The translations under genes were made by a program, and so were the position numbers. The notes under the pieces were generated by a model. The model made no database searches. It saw only the letters and a list, made by a program, of their open reading frames with translations, and was not told where the DNA came from. DNA of 54,500 nt, counting the filler, from Jimgerdemannia flammicorona (Eukaryota), in NCBI GenBank assembly GCA_003990765.1. It is 3 parts of 3 records of this genome, joined end to end, with 100 filler letters (N's around TTAATTAATTAA, not from the genome) between each part and the next. Parts side by side here need not be neighbours in the genome. Positions count along the whole stretch, not along the records: positions 1 to 18,102 come from RBNJ01002305.1; positions 18,203 to 36,303 come from RBNJ01002306.1; 1 more part is not named here. One strand, 5' to 3'. This document shows positions 13,147 to 23,618 of the stretch, one piece after another (positions within the stretch are counted from its first letter, which is position 1; every line of letters begins with the position of its first letter).

Positions 13147-14575
13147 TGGTTACATCATAGGCTTGTAACTTCATTATCTATCTAGCATAGATTCCTTTGG
13201 GTTGTCCGGTTGTCAGTAGCCAGGTGAGAGCTGAGTAGTCCATCTGGATGGTGAAGTGTCTTCTAGCCAAGTAGTAGTAGAACTTTTCTATGGCCCAGAT
13301 GACTGCAAGGCATTCCAACTTGTAGGATTCATATTCTTTTTCAGCTCCTCAGGTTCCATGGCTAAGATATGCAATGATATACTCTTTTTTGTCTTCTTTT
13401 TAAGCTAGGACTGCTCCTAGTCCTTGTGCACTTGCATCCATCTAAAGGATAAATTCTTGGGTCCAATTGGGTCATCTGAGGATAGGTGCCTGGGTCAGTC
13501 TGACCTTGAGTTCATCAAATGCTTTCTGTTGTCTGCCAGTCCACTGGAACTTGGTATCCTTCTTATTGAGTTTATAGATCAGACCTGTGATGTTGGAGAA
13601 TCCTCTAATAAATCTGCAATAGTAGGAGGTAAGTTCCATGAAGGCTTGAGCTTCTGTGACGGTGGTGGGCCTTGGGTATGCTACTACTGCTTGTATCTTG
13701 AGGGGGTCTATGTGTATCCCATCTTGATTGATAATATGGCCAAGATAGGAGATCTCGATTTCTGCAAACTTGCACTTCTTGGGTTTGATATAAAGGCTGT
13801 GTTGTCTTAGTCTCTCCATTATCTGCTGTATGTGCTGCAGATGTTCCTCAGGTGTCTTGCTGTAGATGATTACATCATCGATATAGACCATTATCTATCT
13901 TCCCATGTCATAGTGGAAGATTTTGTTTATCATTCGCTGAAAGCTTGCTGGTGTATTGCACATTCCAAATGGCATTCGTAGGTAGATGTAGGTTCCATCT
14001 GGAGTAATGAAGGCTGACTTTTCACTTGCCGTATCTGTGAGTCCGATTTGGTGGAATCCTGAGTAAAAGTCCAAAGTGCTGTAGTACTGTACTTCGTCTC
14101 TCAGTATTATAAGGATATCACTGATGAGCGGCAGTGGTTGGCAATCCTTCTTGGTAACTGTATTGAGCTTTCTGTAGTTGACACAGAGCCTTGGGGCAAA
14201 TTCTCCAGGTTTGCTTCCTTTTTTCAGGGCTAGTACAACTGGTGAAGACCAGGGGCTGCTGGCTTCTTTGATGATGCCAGCTTCTTCCATCTGCTTGATT
14301 TCTTCTCTGAGCCATTCTCGGTAGGCTGGCAGGACAGGTCTTGCCTTCTGATAAATTGGTTTGGTGTCTCCAGTATCTACCTCGTAATAGTAGTGTGGGG
14401 TCTTTCCCTTGATATCCTTGAAATCTGTGGTAAGGACATCCTCGAATTTGTGGAGTATTTTCTTGAGTTCCTCCTTGAGTGGGAATTCATCTCCAATGAT
14501 GTAGCTGTGCTTGCTCATGTTTTCCTCCTTCTTATGCTCGAGTTTGGTGATCTTGGTACTGGTGAATACTCCTCT

Positions 14576-14992
14576 TCCTGTGGATCTGAATCCTTTCTTT
14601 CCTCTTTTCATTTCCTCCAGATTCTTGACTTCTATGATTCTTGGCTGTATGATTGGGAAGATCAAAATCTGTGCCAATCGGTCCTTCTTCTTGACTGGGA
14701 ATGAAATTGTAGGATTGTGATTTCTAGCAATGAGTAGAATTTCTCCAGTATAGTCTGAATCAATGACTCCTTCTTCGATTGTGATTTCGCTTCTAGCCAG
14801 GCTGCTTCTTGTCTTGAGAATCCTGACATAATCCTTTGGGATAGTCATCTCTAGTCCAGTTGCGAGTAGGGTGGTTGTCTGGGGTTCGAGTACAGTTTCT
14901 TCTACTGTAGTGATGTCCATTCCGGCTGTGTTTTCTGACTTGTATTCTGGCAAGACTGCATCAGGGTGGATCTTTTGAATCTTGACCTTGAT
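14576..14992 (-). CDS. dUTPase domain between protease and RT (element B)
   Basis: Motifs AGMDI, TRSSLA, GVIDSDYTG, DRLAQ and RGKKGFRSTG, in frame with RT in ORF 13895-15271. Confidence 0.93.
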
Positions 14993-15799
14993 TTCTTCTT
15001 CATCATCACTGTCTTCCAGGAGGGCTGGTGGTTCATCGTCTTCCTCCTTCTCTTCTTCTCCGATCTGTTTTTTGAGAGCTTTCTGCCTTCTTTCCAGGTA
15101 GATCTTCTTGGTTCCAATGGTGCACTGGTAGCAATCATTGACATGCTCTATATAGTATATCTTGATTTTATGAGGACAGACTCCTTGTGGGACATAGCCT
15201 TCTGCGATCTTCTTGCACCATTCTTCTTCACTCATCCATCCAACTTTCTTCTTCTTTGGAATAGTCACCATATAAGCTTCTTATTGCTCACTCTCTTCTT
15301 TCTCCATATCGGGCAGGACTCCTTTGTTGACATTGATGGGAATTCGTATCTTCTGTCCTTGGTAGGTGATCTGCATCTTCTGAGCATTGAGATCGATTAC
15401 CGCCTTGGCTTTGTGAAGCCATTGATTGCCGATGAGGATGTCATAGTTGGTGGCATTAGTTATGATTACATCTACTGGGATGGTTGCTCCTCCAATCTTG
15501 ATGAGAACATCCCAGATCTTTCCCAGAGGTGTGGCTCTTGTGCCATCGGCTGTGACAAACACCAGCTTAGTTGCTTCTTCCACATCCCAACCTAGGTGGT
15601 CCACTGCCTTCTTACTAAGGAGACATCCTCCTGCTCCTGTATCAATGATGGCTTCAAAGATTCTATTCTCGATTTGGCATGTTGCATAAGCAGAGATTTT
15701 GCAATTATCCTCACTTTCTTCTCCTGAGTCCTCTTGAATGTTATTGGCCTCAGTTATCTTCCATCCTTGTTTCTTAGTTATTTCAGCAAGTCCAAACCT

Positions 15800-17047
15800 C
15801 ATTTGCTGTCTGAATGTTGGAATTTCTGTGAGCTGACCAAAGGTTGCATTGACCTTTTGTTGACTGAGGTCCTTGAAGATGTCATACTTGAAGGTCTTGG
15901 TCTTGCAAAGCTTCTTTTCTTTTTCTCCTTCACTGGCTGGAGTGGTTCCTCAGATGATATCTTGAACTGCTTGCTCCAGCTCAATATCTTGGTCCATCTC
16001 TTCGGCTTGGCTTTCTGTGGCAGTTTCCATCCACTTTTCCACTGGGTTCTTCTTGGGTCTTCCTGGCAGTCTCTTGTAGGGTTCTTTGCGAGCATCCTTC
16101 TTGGTGGTCTGAGCAGGATAGGCCTCCCATTCCTCTTCATTAGAATCTCCAATTTCTTCAAAGGTGATTGTATTAGCCTGCTCCTTGTTTCGTGTGGCAT
16201 TGCTTGGTTGAGCCTTGTATTTGGTTTCACTCATACATTCATAAGAGTAGTGGCCTTCTTCTCCGCAGCTATAGCAGGTATCTTTCTTCTTGTCTGAGGT
16301 GGTGGCAAACTTCTGAACAGGGTGGCAGTCTCTTCCTCGGATTTTCTTTACCACATCTCCCAGGTGGGCAGTCATTTCAGCAAACCTTTTGGCAAGTTCT
16401 TCCATAGGGTCACTGTTCTTTTGCTGCTCTGTAGCTTTTGGTTGGGGTGTGTTTCAATTAATTATTGTGGTGGGGATCATACTGGTTGCCTTGAGTATCT
16501 CAATTCTGACTCCTGTAACTCTCTCCATTATATAGTCTTGTGGGTGTCTGGCTATCCAGTATCGCTGGGCATAGGTGACCTTCTGTGGCAGATCCAGAAT
16601 CACTGGTGATGAGTGGATAGCCATGGCTATTTCTGGGTGGACTCCTTTCATGAAGGTTGCTTCAGCTACTTGATCTTGGATAGCGACAGCATAATCTGCA
16701 AGGATTATCTAATATCAAATTCTGGTATAGAATGTGTTTGGATCCTCGCTTATTCCTTGGCATGTTGTATTGAGCTGGTCCTTCAGGGCTTGCTTGATCT
16801 TGTCTGTATAATATGTATTTCGGAGCCAGGTCTTCTGTGCTATCAGTATAGCATCGGCATCATTTCCTACATGGGTTGCAGCTGTGAATACTGCTCTGAC
16901 AGGACCTCATAGGCTGAATGGCATGAGGGCTACTTGCTGTACTGCTGTCAGAGTCCTTACAGCAGTATACTACTCGAAATTATCAATGAAGGTGATGATT
17001 GATTCATCTGAGGTATATTCATGGAATACTGGTGGTCTCATATCCAT
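15800..17047 (-). pseudogene. Gypsy gag with CCHC zinc knuckle
   Basis: MDMRPPVFHEY start after the PBS; CYSCGEEGHYSYEC knuckle at ~16230-16275. Confidence 0.85.
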
Positions 17048-17140
17048 CTTGTCTGGGTATTGGAGCTCGGTTTGTATGGTTGTTCAGGTAGTGGTAGTTG
17101 TTCGTTGTTCAGCTTGAAAGTGAGGGATTTGTCTTGAATT

Positions 17141-17158
17141 ACCAGCCAATGGGCACCA
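17141..17158 (-). promoter_or_regulatory. Primer-binding-site-like sequence (TGGTGCCCATTGGCTGGT)
   Basis: Starts with TGG 3 nt inside the 5' LTR boundary; cognate tRNA not identified. Confidence 0.7.
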
Positions 17159-17161
17159 AGT

Positions 17162-17627
17162 TGTAATGTAGCAGATGCTTACTTTTGAAAGTATGTCAGA
17201 TTTCTGTATCTTGAAAACTTGACCATTCTGACTCTCGCAGAGTCTCTTGAAGTTGTAGGGGAGAGTGGGTGAGTTTGAAGTGTATCTGCCACAGGCTTAC
17301 TAGTTCCTTTGCTATCTCTTTACTTTGAACTATTTCAATCTGAGGTTTATTCACTCTAAGATACTAGATTATTTATACAAGTTTACTAGCTATGAGATGA
17401 CTACTAAGTTACACGACTAAATTATGAGTCATTTAGACAATGTCTAGGAATTTAGACAATGTCAAAATGCTATACTAAATCAGGACATTCGATTTAGACA
17501 ATGTCTAGAAATTTAGACAATGTCAAAATCATAGGCTGCTAACTATAAGACTATACTACTTTGGGAATGGGTGTGATCAAGTGTCTATTCCCTATTTCCT
17601 TCTCCCTAATTCAGCTATACCGTCACA
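17162..17627 (-). repeat. 5' LTR of element B
   Basis: Direct repeat of 9792-10258 with TG...CA ends. Confidence 0.95.
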
Positions 17628-17720
17628 ATAGTAAAGTTGGGAAATCATTTATCCTCATATCCCAACATTAATAAATAATTAAATGTTTTTCATCCTACTT
17701 AAGGCAAATAAAATCCTTTC

Positions 17721-18102
17721 CTAGGCCGCCCCGATCTCAGTAACAAGCAACTTTACCACCTTGACGTGCCCGTTCTGATCAGCAAGGTTAAGCGCCGTCA
17801 ATCCTTGGTTGTTTGTGGCGTTGAGGTCCGCCCCGAACTCGGCCACGAGCAACCTCACGACCTCCACGTGCCCTTTCTGCGCACTCATATGAAGCGGTGT
17901 CCAATTATTCTCTTCTCTGGCGTTGGCATCCGCCCCGAACTCGGCGACGAGCAATCTTACGACCTCGACTTGCCCATTCAGCGCAGCTTGGTGAAGCGGC
18001 ATCCGCCCATCGTTTTTCTTGGCGTTGACGTCAGCCCCGAACACGGACACAAGTAACCTCACGGCTTCGATGTGTCCGTTCTGCGCAGCGACGTGAAGCG
18101 GT
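17721..18102 (-). CDS. C-terminal part of an ankyrin-repeat protein (5' part lost in gap)
   Basis: Four 34-aa repeats PLH.AA.NGH.EVVRLLV.EFGAD.NA; the frame is open up to the gap and CpG-rich. Confidence 0.92.
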
Positions 18103-18202
18103 NNNNNNNNNNNNNNNNNNNNNNNNNNNNNNNNNNNNNNNNNNNNTTAATTAATTAANNNNNNNNNNNNNNNNNNNNNNNNNNNNNNNNNNNNNNNNNN
18201 NN
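18103..18202. other. Assembly gap spacer
   Basis: 100-nt N run with central TTAATTAATTAA (stops in all six frames); identical spacer at 36304-36403. Confidence 0.97.
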
Positions 18203-18667
18203 TGATGGCAAAAATGGCAATTGTAGCAAGATTTGCGCTCCGGCCCAGGCTTAGAAGCTGGAGGATATGTATATTTCGAATGTTATTAGGAAAAAAATTC
18301 GAACATTGATTTAAAAAGAAAAAAAAAAAAAAAACTAACTTTTTCGAGCTACGTTATTGGGATCTGGTGGGGGACCTTGTGCTTGTGGACTGGCAGTGAG
18401 CTGGCGGTCAAGCTGGAGATCAGGGAGCTGAGGGTCAGCGAGCTGGGAGTCGGCGAGCTCGGCAACCTGGGTGTTGGCAAGCTCGGCAGGCTGGGTGTTG
18501 GCAAGCTCGGCAGGCTGGGTGTCAGCAAGCTCGGCAGGCTGAGTGTCGGCAAGCTGGGCATCTTTAGGGTGCCAAGCTTTAGGATGGTGAGCTGAAGCAC
18601 ATCGAGCTTGGGGGGGGCCAAGTAAATACTTATTGGCTGGGTGGTCATATCCATGTTTTCTCAACAT
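18203..18667 (-). CDS. 5' part of a spliced gene: ADTQPAEL repeats then a possible Zn2Cys6-like motif start
   Basis: Exon 18667-18340, GTTAGT...CTAAT...CAG intron 18339-18258, then in-frame TSKPGPERKSCYNCHFCH running into the gap. Confidence 0.55.
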
Positions 18668-18684
18668 AGCGGTGAATTAAGTGA

Positions 18685-19002
18685 GACGAAGCGAAGAACG
18701 AGGCGAAGTGAAGGATGAGGCGAAGCGAAGGACAAGGTGAAGGGAAGGACGAGGCGAAGGGAAGGACGAGGCGAAGCGAAGGACAAGGCGAAGCGAAGGA
18801 CGAGGCGAAGCGAAGGACAAGGTGAAGTGAAGAATGAGGTGAAAAGAACGAGAGGTGAAAGTAAGCTTTCGATATCTTAAATGTTCAAAAGCTATAACAT
18901 CTTTCAGAAGCTCTTTCGGAATCTCTCCGAAATCTCTTTCAGAAGCTCTTTCCGAATCTCTTTGAAATCTCTTTCAGAATCTCTTCGAAATCTCTTTCGA
19001 AA
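18685..19002. repeat. Short tandem repeats (~17-bp GCGAAGCGAAGGACGAG; ~12-bp GAATCTCTTTCA)
   Basis: Directly visible imperfect arrays at ~18685-18840 and ~18900-19002. Confidence 0.85.
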
Positions 19003-19113
19003 CCCATTTCTAAATTGCATGTTGTTTGCAATCTGAGGAATGAGGGTGAGAGAGGTGGAGGAATATGTGAGGGTTATGCAAGAGGAGTGGAACGCAAGAG
19101 GAGTGGAATACAA

Positions 19114-19735
19114 GAGGAGTGGAATGCAGTGAGGAAAGCTCTGGATTGCAAGCGTAAGCATAAGCGTAAGCGCAAGTGCAAGCTTTGCTCCACTCAGCTG
19201 ATAGCTGATATCACATGATATCAGCTTATTATCAGCTTGTCAGACTGAGCAGAGCAAAGCTTACGCTTATGCTTATGCTTACGCTTATGCTTACGCTTAC
19301 GCTTGCAATCTGGAGCTTTCCTCACTGTGTTCTACTCCTCTCTGCATAATTCAGCGGGTTCTGCATAAGCCCCAATTGAGCAAGGTTTGCAACGATGTTT
19401 GAGCGAGGTTTGTGGTGCGTTTGAGCAAGATTTGTAGTGAGGTTCGAGCGAGATTTGCAAGCCTTGCACTTGTAAGCTCAGCCGATAGCTGATATCACGT
19501 AATATCAGCTTATATATACGTCATATCAGCTTGTGACTGAGCTTGTCCAGGCTTGCAAGCGCAAGGCTTGCAAAGCCTGGCTTATGCAAATCTCACTTTA
19601 ATCTTACGTGCAAATCTTGCTTGCAAATCTCGCTTGCAAATCTTGCTCGAACCTCGCTGCAAATCTCGCTCAAATGCACCACAAACCTCACTCAAACGTC
19701 GTTGCAAACCTTGCTCAATGCAGAATACGCTGAAT
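19114..19735. repeat. Two adjacent long imperfect palindromes with a shared core
   Basis: Inverted arms span 19114-19341 and 19349-19735; both centres contain GATAGCTGATATCAC.T.ATATCAGCTT. Confidence 0.88.
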
Positions 19736-20059
19736 CTCCAAAGTATGTTTGCTGTTTGCTGTTTGCAGTTGCGTGATGGGTATCAGTTCACCACCTGTGC
19801 ATATTTATTCATCCATCCTCTGTCCACAATCGATCATTGGTTATCGCACGCCACCTCGCTGCTCTCTCTCTTGCTGCCCCCCACAGTTCCTGGCTTTTCC
19901 CGCCGCTCGCCGCCTCCCCACAACTCCCTACCCCCTAGTTCACTGTCCCCCCAGCTCATTTCCCAGTTCGCCACTCCCTAGCTTGCCACTTTCTAGCCAC
20001 TTTCCAGCTCTCGGTCTCTCACTCAAGCTCCCAGTCCCTGCCATCATCAAATATTCGAA

Positions 20060-22408
20060 ATGTCTAAAGATCAAGAAGTACATTTAGGAGAAATCTCAGA
20101 ACTGTTGGATGATATATCGGAGGATATATCGGAGGATATATCAGATATCTCCACCAGTTCATTATCACCAACGAGTACGAGAATAAAAATAAAAACAAAA
20201 CCTGGTGATAGCTGGGTGTGGAATCATATCACAAAGGTAGTTTTATACATTGTGCTAATGGTTGAATTCATAGGGGTGATTGATCTCAGTTATAAGGGTA
20301 GGTTGTAAGTGGTTGAGGTTCTAATATAGTTTCATATCTCTCTATTCAAATAGAATTTACAAAGTAAGCTCATCAGTTGCAACCATTGCATGACTTGGAG
20401 CTATATATCAAAGGATGGCAATATCAACAATCTTAAATGACATCTCTGGAAGCATCACAATGCCATGCTCTTACCTCTCCAGCATGCTGAGAATCCTCGC
20501 TGGTCTAAGAAAGATGATATTGTGAGTATGGATAGAATGGAATTCGGGAAGTACTTAGGAGGTTATTAGAAAAATAATTGATCAAATTTTATTATTACAA
20601 ATAGGAACACACTAGCAAGACTTTAAGTGATGAAAATTTTCATCGGTTAATTGTCAACTTCATTGTCACTGGATATCAGCCATTCTCCACTATTGAAAAT
20701 GCTGGCTTCAAGTATCTCCTTCACATATTATGCCCTGATCTGGCCCTTCCATCAGCTGATACGATTTCACGAGTTATTCGAAAGGAATTCGAACTATTGC
20801 AGACTCAAGTGAAAGTAAGGCTAGCAGGGCTCAAGTCAAAGGTGTCACTTACACTTGATTGTTGGATATCGGATGTTAACATCAAGGCTTTTCTTAGAAT
20901 AACAGCCCATTGAATTGACAGTGATTGGAAGATACATGACATTATTTTAGACTTTGTGAATATCAGCGAAATAACACACACGAGTGCCAATCTTGCGAAA
21001 AGTCTAGAGCTGGTAATAGATGATTTATTGCCTAGTGACAATCAAATCATTGCTGTTGTGTGTGACAATGCTAGTAACAATGATACTCTGTTTGAGAATC
21101 TCCATTATCCACTTGCTCATGTACGCTGTTTCGGGCATGTGTTGAATCTCATCATTCATGATGCTCTTGGTTCTCTTAGCGAGCCCATTGGAAAGCTACA
21201 GAAGTTGATAAAGAAGATCAAAAATTCAGCGCAACGACAAGCACAACTGGCGAAGGTCTGTGAATCCTCCGGAATTCCCATTTTGAAGCCTCTCTTAGAT
21301 GTTACGACGAGATGGAGTTCTACACATGAAATGTTAGCACGTGCTCTGGAGATTCGTAAGGTAAGATTTTGAATCTATTTGTATAGATTTTGGAATACAA
21401 TTCAGAAGTATTTTGGTACTAAATAAATTGATATTACATTCAAATAGGGCTTGGATATATTGTGTGCTATGGATAAGCAAATGAGCGATATATCTGAAGA
21501 TGCATGTCAACAATTTGAATTGATTTGCCGATTTCTCGAGCCTTTTGCCAAAGTGACAACTGTGATGTCAGCTTCAAAGTATCCTACAATAGTGGCTGTT
21601 ATCCCACTATTTAATTGGCCATGTGATCACCTTGAAGATGTCATCGATACATATCAAACTGGTGAACATTTTAATCAGGTATATATATGATTTTGAAAGT
21701 AATTTTATTTGTGAATTTAGGAACTAATTTAGTAAGTAATTGGGAAGTAATATGTGTATATTTTTATTTTTTATAGATAATGCTTACCGCTGCTGAGAAT
21801 GCACATATGAAACTTCTAAAGTATTACTGCAAGATGACACCATTATACAGCATAGCTTCGGCCTTAGATCCACATATCAATATACGTTATTTCCATTGTA
21901 AGCAATGGAAAAAATCCTTAATTGATGAATGGAAGAATCAGATGGAACGTATCTGGGAAAAGGAGTGTAAGCCTGTTAATGCTGTCATTATACCTTCAAT
22001 ATCTCATGATGCCGATGATTTTATCAACTCAATATATAAGAAGAAACAGCATATCGATGTAGATGATGAGCTTGAATGGTGGGTGTTGTTTTTATGTTTT
22101 TTGATTGGCTTAGTTAATTTTCACTCATATTTCTCTGTTTCAGTTATTTGTCAGAGAATCCAGCTGATTCTCATATAGATATACTGGATTGGTGGCGGTG
22201 AAATCAGTTGGTATATCCTAATCTTTCACGAATGGCTCGCGATTATCTGGCTATTTCGGCGACATCTGTTCCATCTGAATGTATTTTTTCTATTGCTGGT
22301 GAGCTAGTGACTAAACGTTGAAACAGCTTGTGTGTAAATACAATTTGTGTATGCATGTATTTGGATTCTTGGTGGTCTTCAGATATTTTTCACTTTCAAT
22401 TACTCTGA
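20060..22408 (+). pseudogene. hAT-superfamily transposase (BED finger, DDE, hATC dimerisation domain), 5 introns, several stops
   Basis: SWVWNH..CNHC..NLK*HLWKHH (BED); TLDCW, CDNASN, RCFGHVLNL, TRWSSTHEML; WW..YPNLSRMARDYLAISATSVPSECIFS. GT-AG introns at ~20237-20353, 20522-20603, 21361-21447, 21679-21776 and 22079-22143. Confidence 0.93.
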
Positions 22409-22454
22409 ATATTATTCAAATATTTTCCGAATCATTTTTTCAGAGCAGAGTTCA

Positions 22455-22820
22455 GAGGGTCGGGTTCAGGGTCGGGTTCAGGGGTCGGGTTCAGGGTCGG
22501 GTTCAGGGGTCGGGTTCAGGTTTGGGTTAAGGGTAAATAACGGGTCAGGTGACATACATTTCCAGGTCGGGTTAAAGATGGGTAATATATCTTTCCAGGT
22601 CGAGTTAAAGATGGGTGATGTACAATTCTGGGTTGGGTTAAAGACAGGTGACATATTATTCTGGGTCGGGTTAAAGACGGGTGACATATAATTCCGGGTC
22701 AGGTTAAAGATGGGTGACGTATAATTCCGAGTTAGGTTAAAGATGGGTGACATCTAATTCTGGGTTGGCTGTTTTACGGGTCGGGTTTTGGGTTAATCGG
22801 GTTGGGTTTGCGGAGCACTA
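22455..22820 (+). repeat. hAT right subterminal repeats and TIR
   Basis: (GGGTCGGGTTCA)n, ~30-bp GGGTCGGGTTAAAGATGGGTGAC units, and the end CGGAGCACTA (reverse complement TAGTGCTCCG), followed immediately by chromovirus integrase sequence. Confidence 0.85.
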
Positions 22821-23618
22821 CTCTCTTGGAATGACCCCATTCTTTGCCAACACTAGACAAAATTCAAACACCCCTTTGACACTTATCTGAACTACTGAAG
22901 AACCCTCCACAGTCAAAGCCATTGAAGAATTCTTACTCTGAATGCGCAATTTAAGCCAGATTGCCATTGAGAATTTATCGCGAGCTCAAGAACAATAATC
23001 ACAGTATGTTAACCAACACTGCTGAGAAGAAACTTTTGATATTGGAGAAAAAGTCCTACTGGACATCAGAGGATACCGAGTTGACAACCTCAAGCACAGA
23101 CTATCTACAAAGCTGAACAGCAAGTTCATTGGACTATTCGAAGTCATTGCACAAGTCTCTCCAACCTCCTATAAATTGGCACTACCAGACACTATTAAGA
23201 TTCACCCAGTCTTTAATGTTCAATGTCTCAAGTAATACAATGAGAATAATAATGAACTATTCCCAAACTGGACCACCAAACCACCTGTACCTATCATTAT
23301 TAATGACCAAGAGAAGTACGAAGTTGAGCAGATCCTCAATAAATATGGCAACAAGAACTACCCTGAGTACCTTGTCAAATAGAAAGGTTACCCGATCCAT
23401 GATGCAATCTGGGAACCCAAGACCAATCTCCAGAATGCTACTGACCTAGTTCAGGAATATAATTCCTTAAACAACTAGAACCAAATACTCTACATCTATC
23501 TATACATACTATATACTATCCTCCTGAATATTATAATTATTGCAAACCAAACCAAGAACTCAGCAGAACAAAATTAAAAGGCCCCGACGAGGATGTCGAA
23601 AGCTAAGAAGGGGAGAGT

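Larger units (their letters stand above)
10748..15802 (-). pseudogene. Gypsy pol: aspartic protease, dUTPase, RT, RNase H, integrase; interrupted by stops and a LINE insertion
   Basis: AIIDTGAGG (PR); LDFYSGFHQI, MPFGMCN and VYIDDVII (RT); NADALS (RH); H-x3-H...CDKC, TTDRGTEF and GQVERTN (IN). Confidence 0.95.
9792..17627 (-). mobile_element. Complete Ty3/Gypsy LTR retrotransposon with dUTPase and extra ORF3 (copy B)
   Basis: Two ~466-bp TG...CA LTRs, 4-bp TSD ATAG (9788-9791 and 17628-17631), PBS-like site, PPT, and domain order gag-PR-dUTPase-RT-RH-IN. No chromodomain. Confidence 0.95.

Noticed and set aside
18147..18158. TTAATTAATTAA palindrome inside N runs (also 36348-36359)
   Set aside because: Artificial contig spacer; adjacency across the gaps cannot be trusted.
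22455..22535. GGGTTCA/GGGTTA repeats as telomere
   Set aside because: Degenerate 12-13-bp units lying inside the hAT end, not a TTAGGG tract.
22545..22770. ~30-bp repeats resembling a CRISPR array
   Set aside because: Head-to-tail units without unique spacers and no cas genes; they are hAT subterminal repeats.
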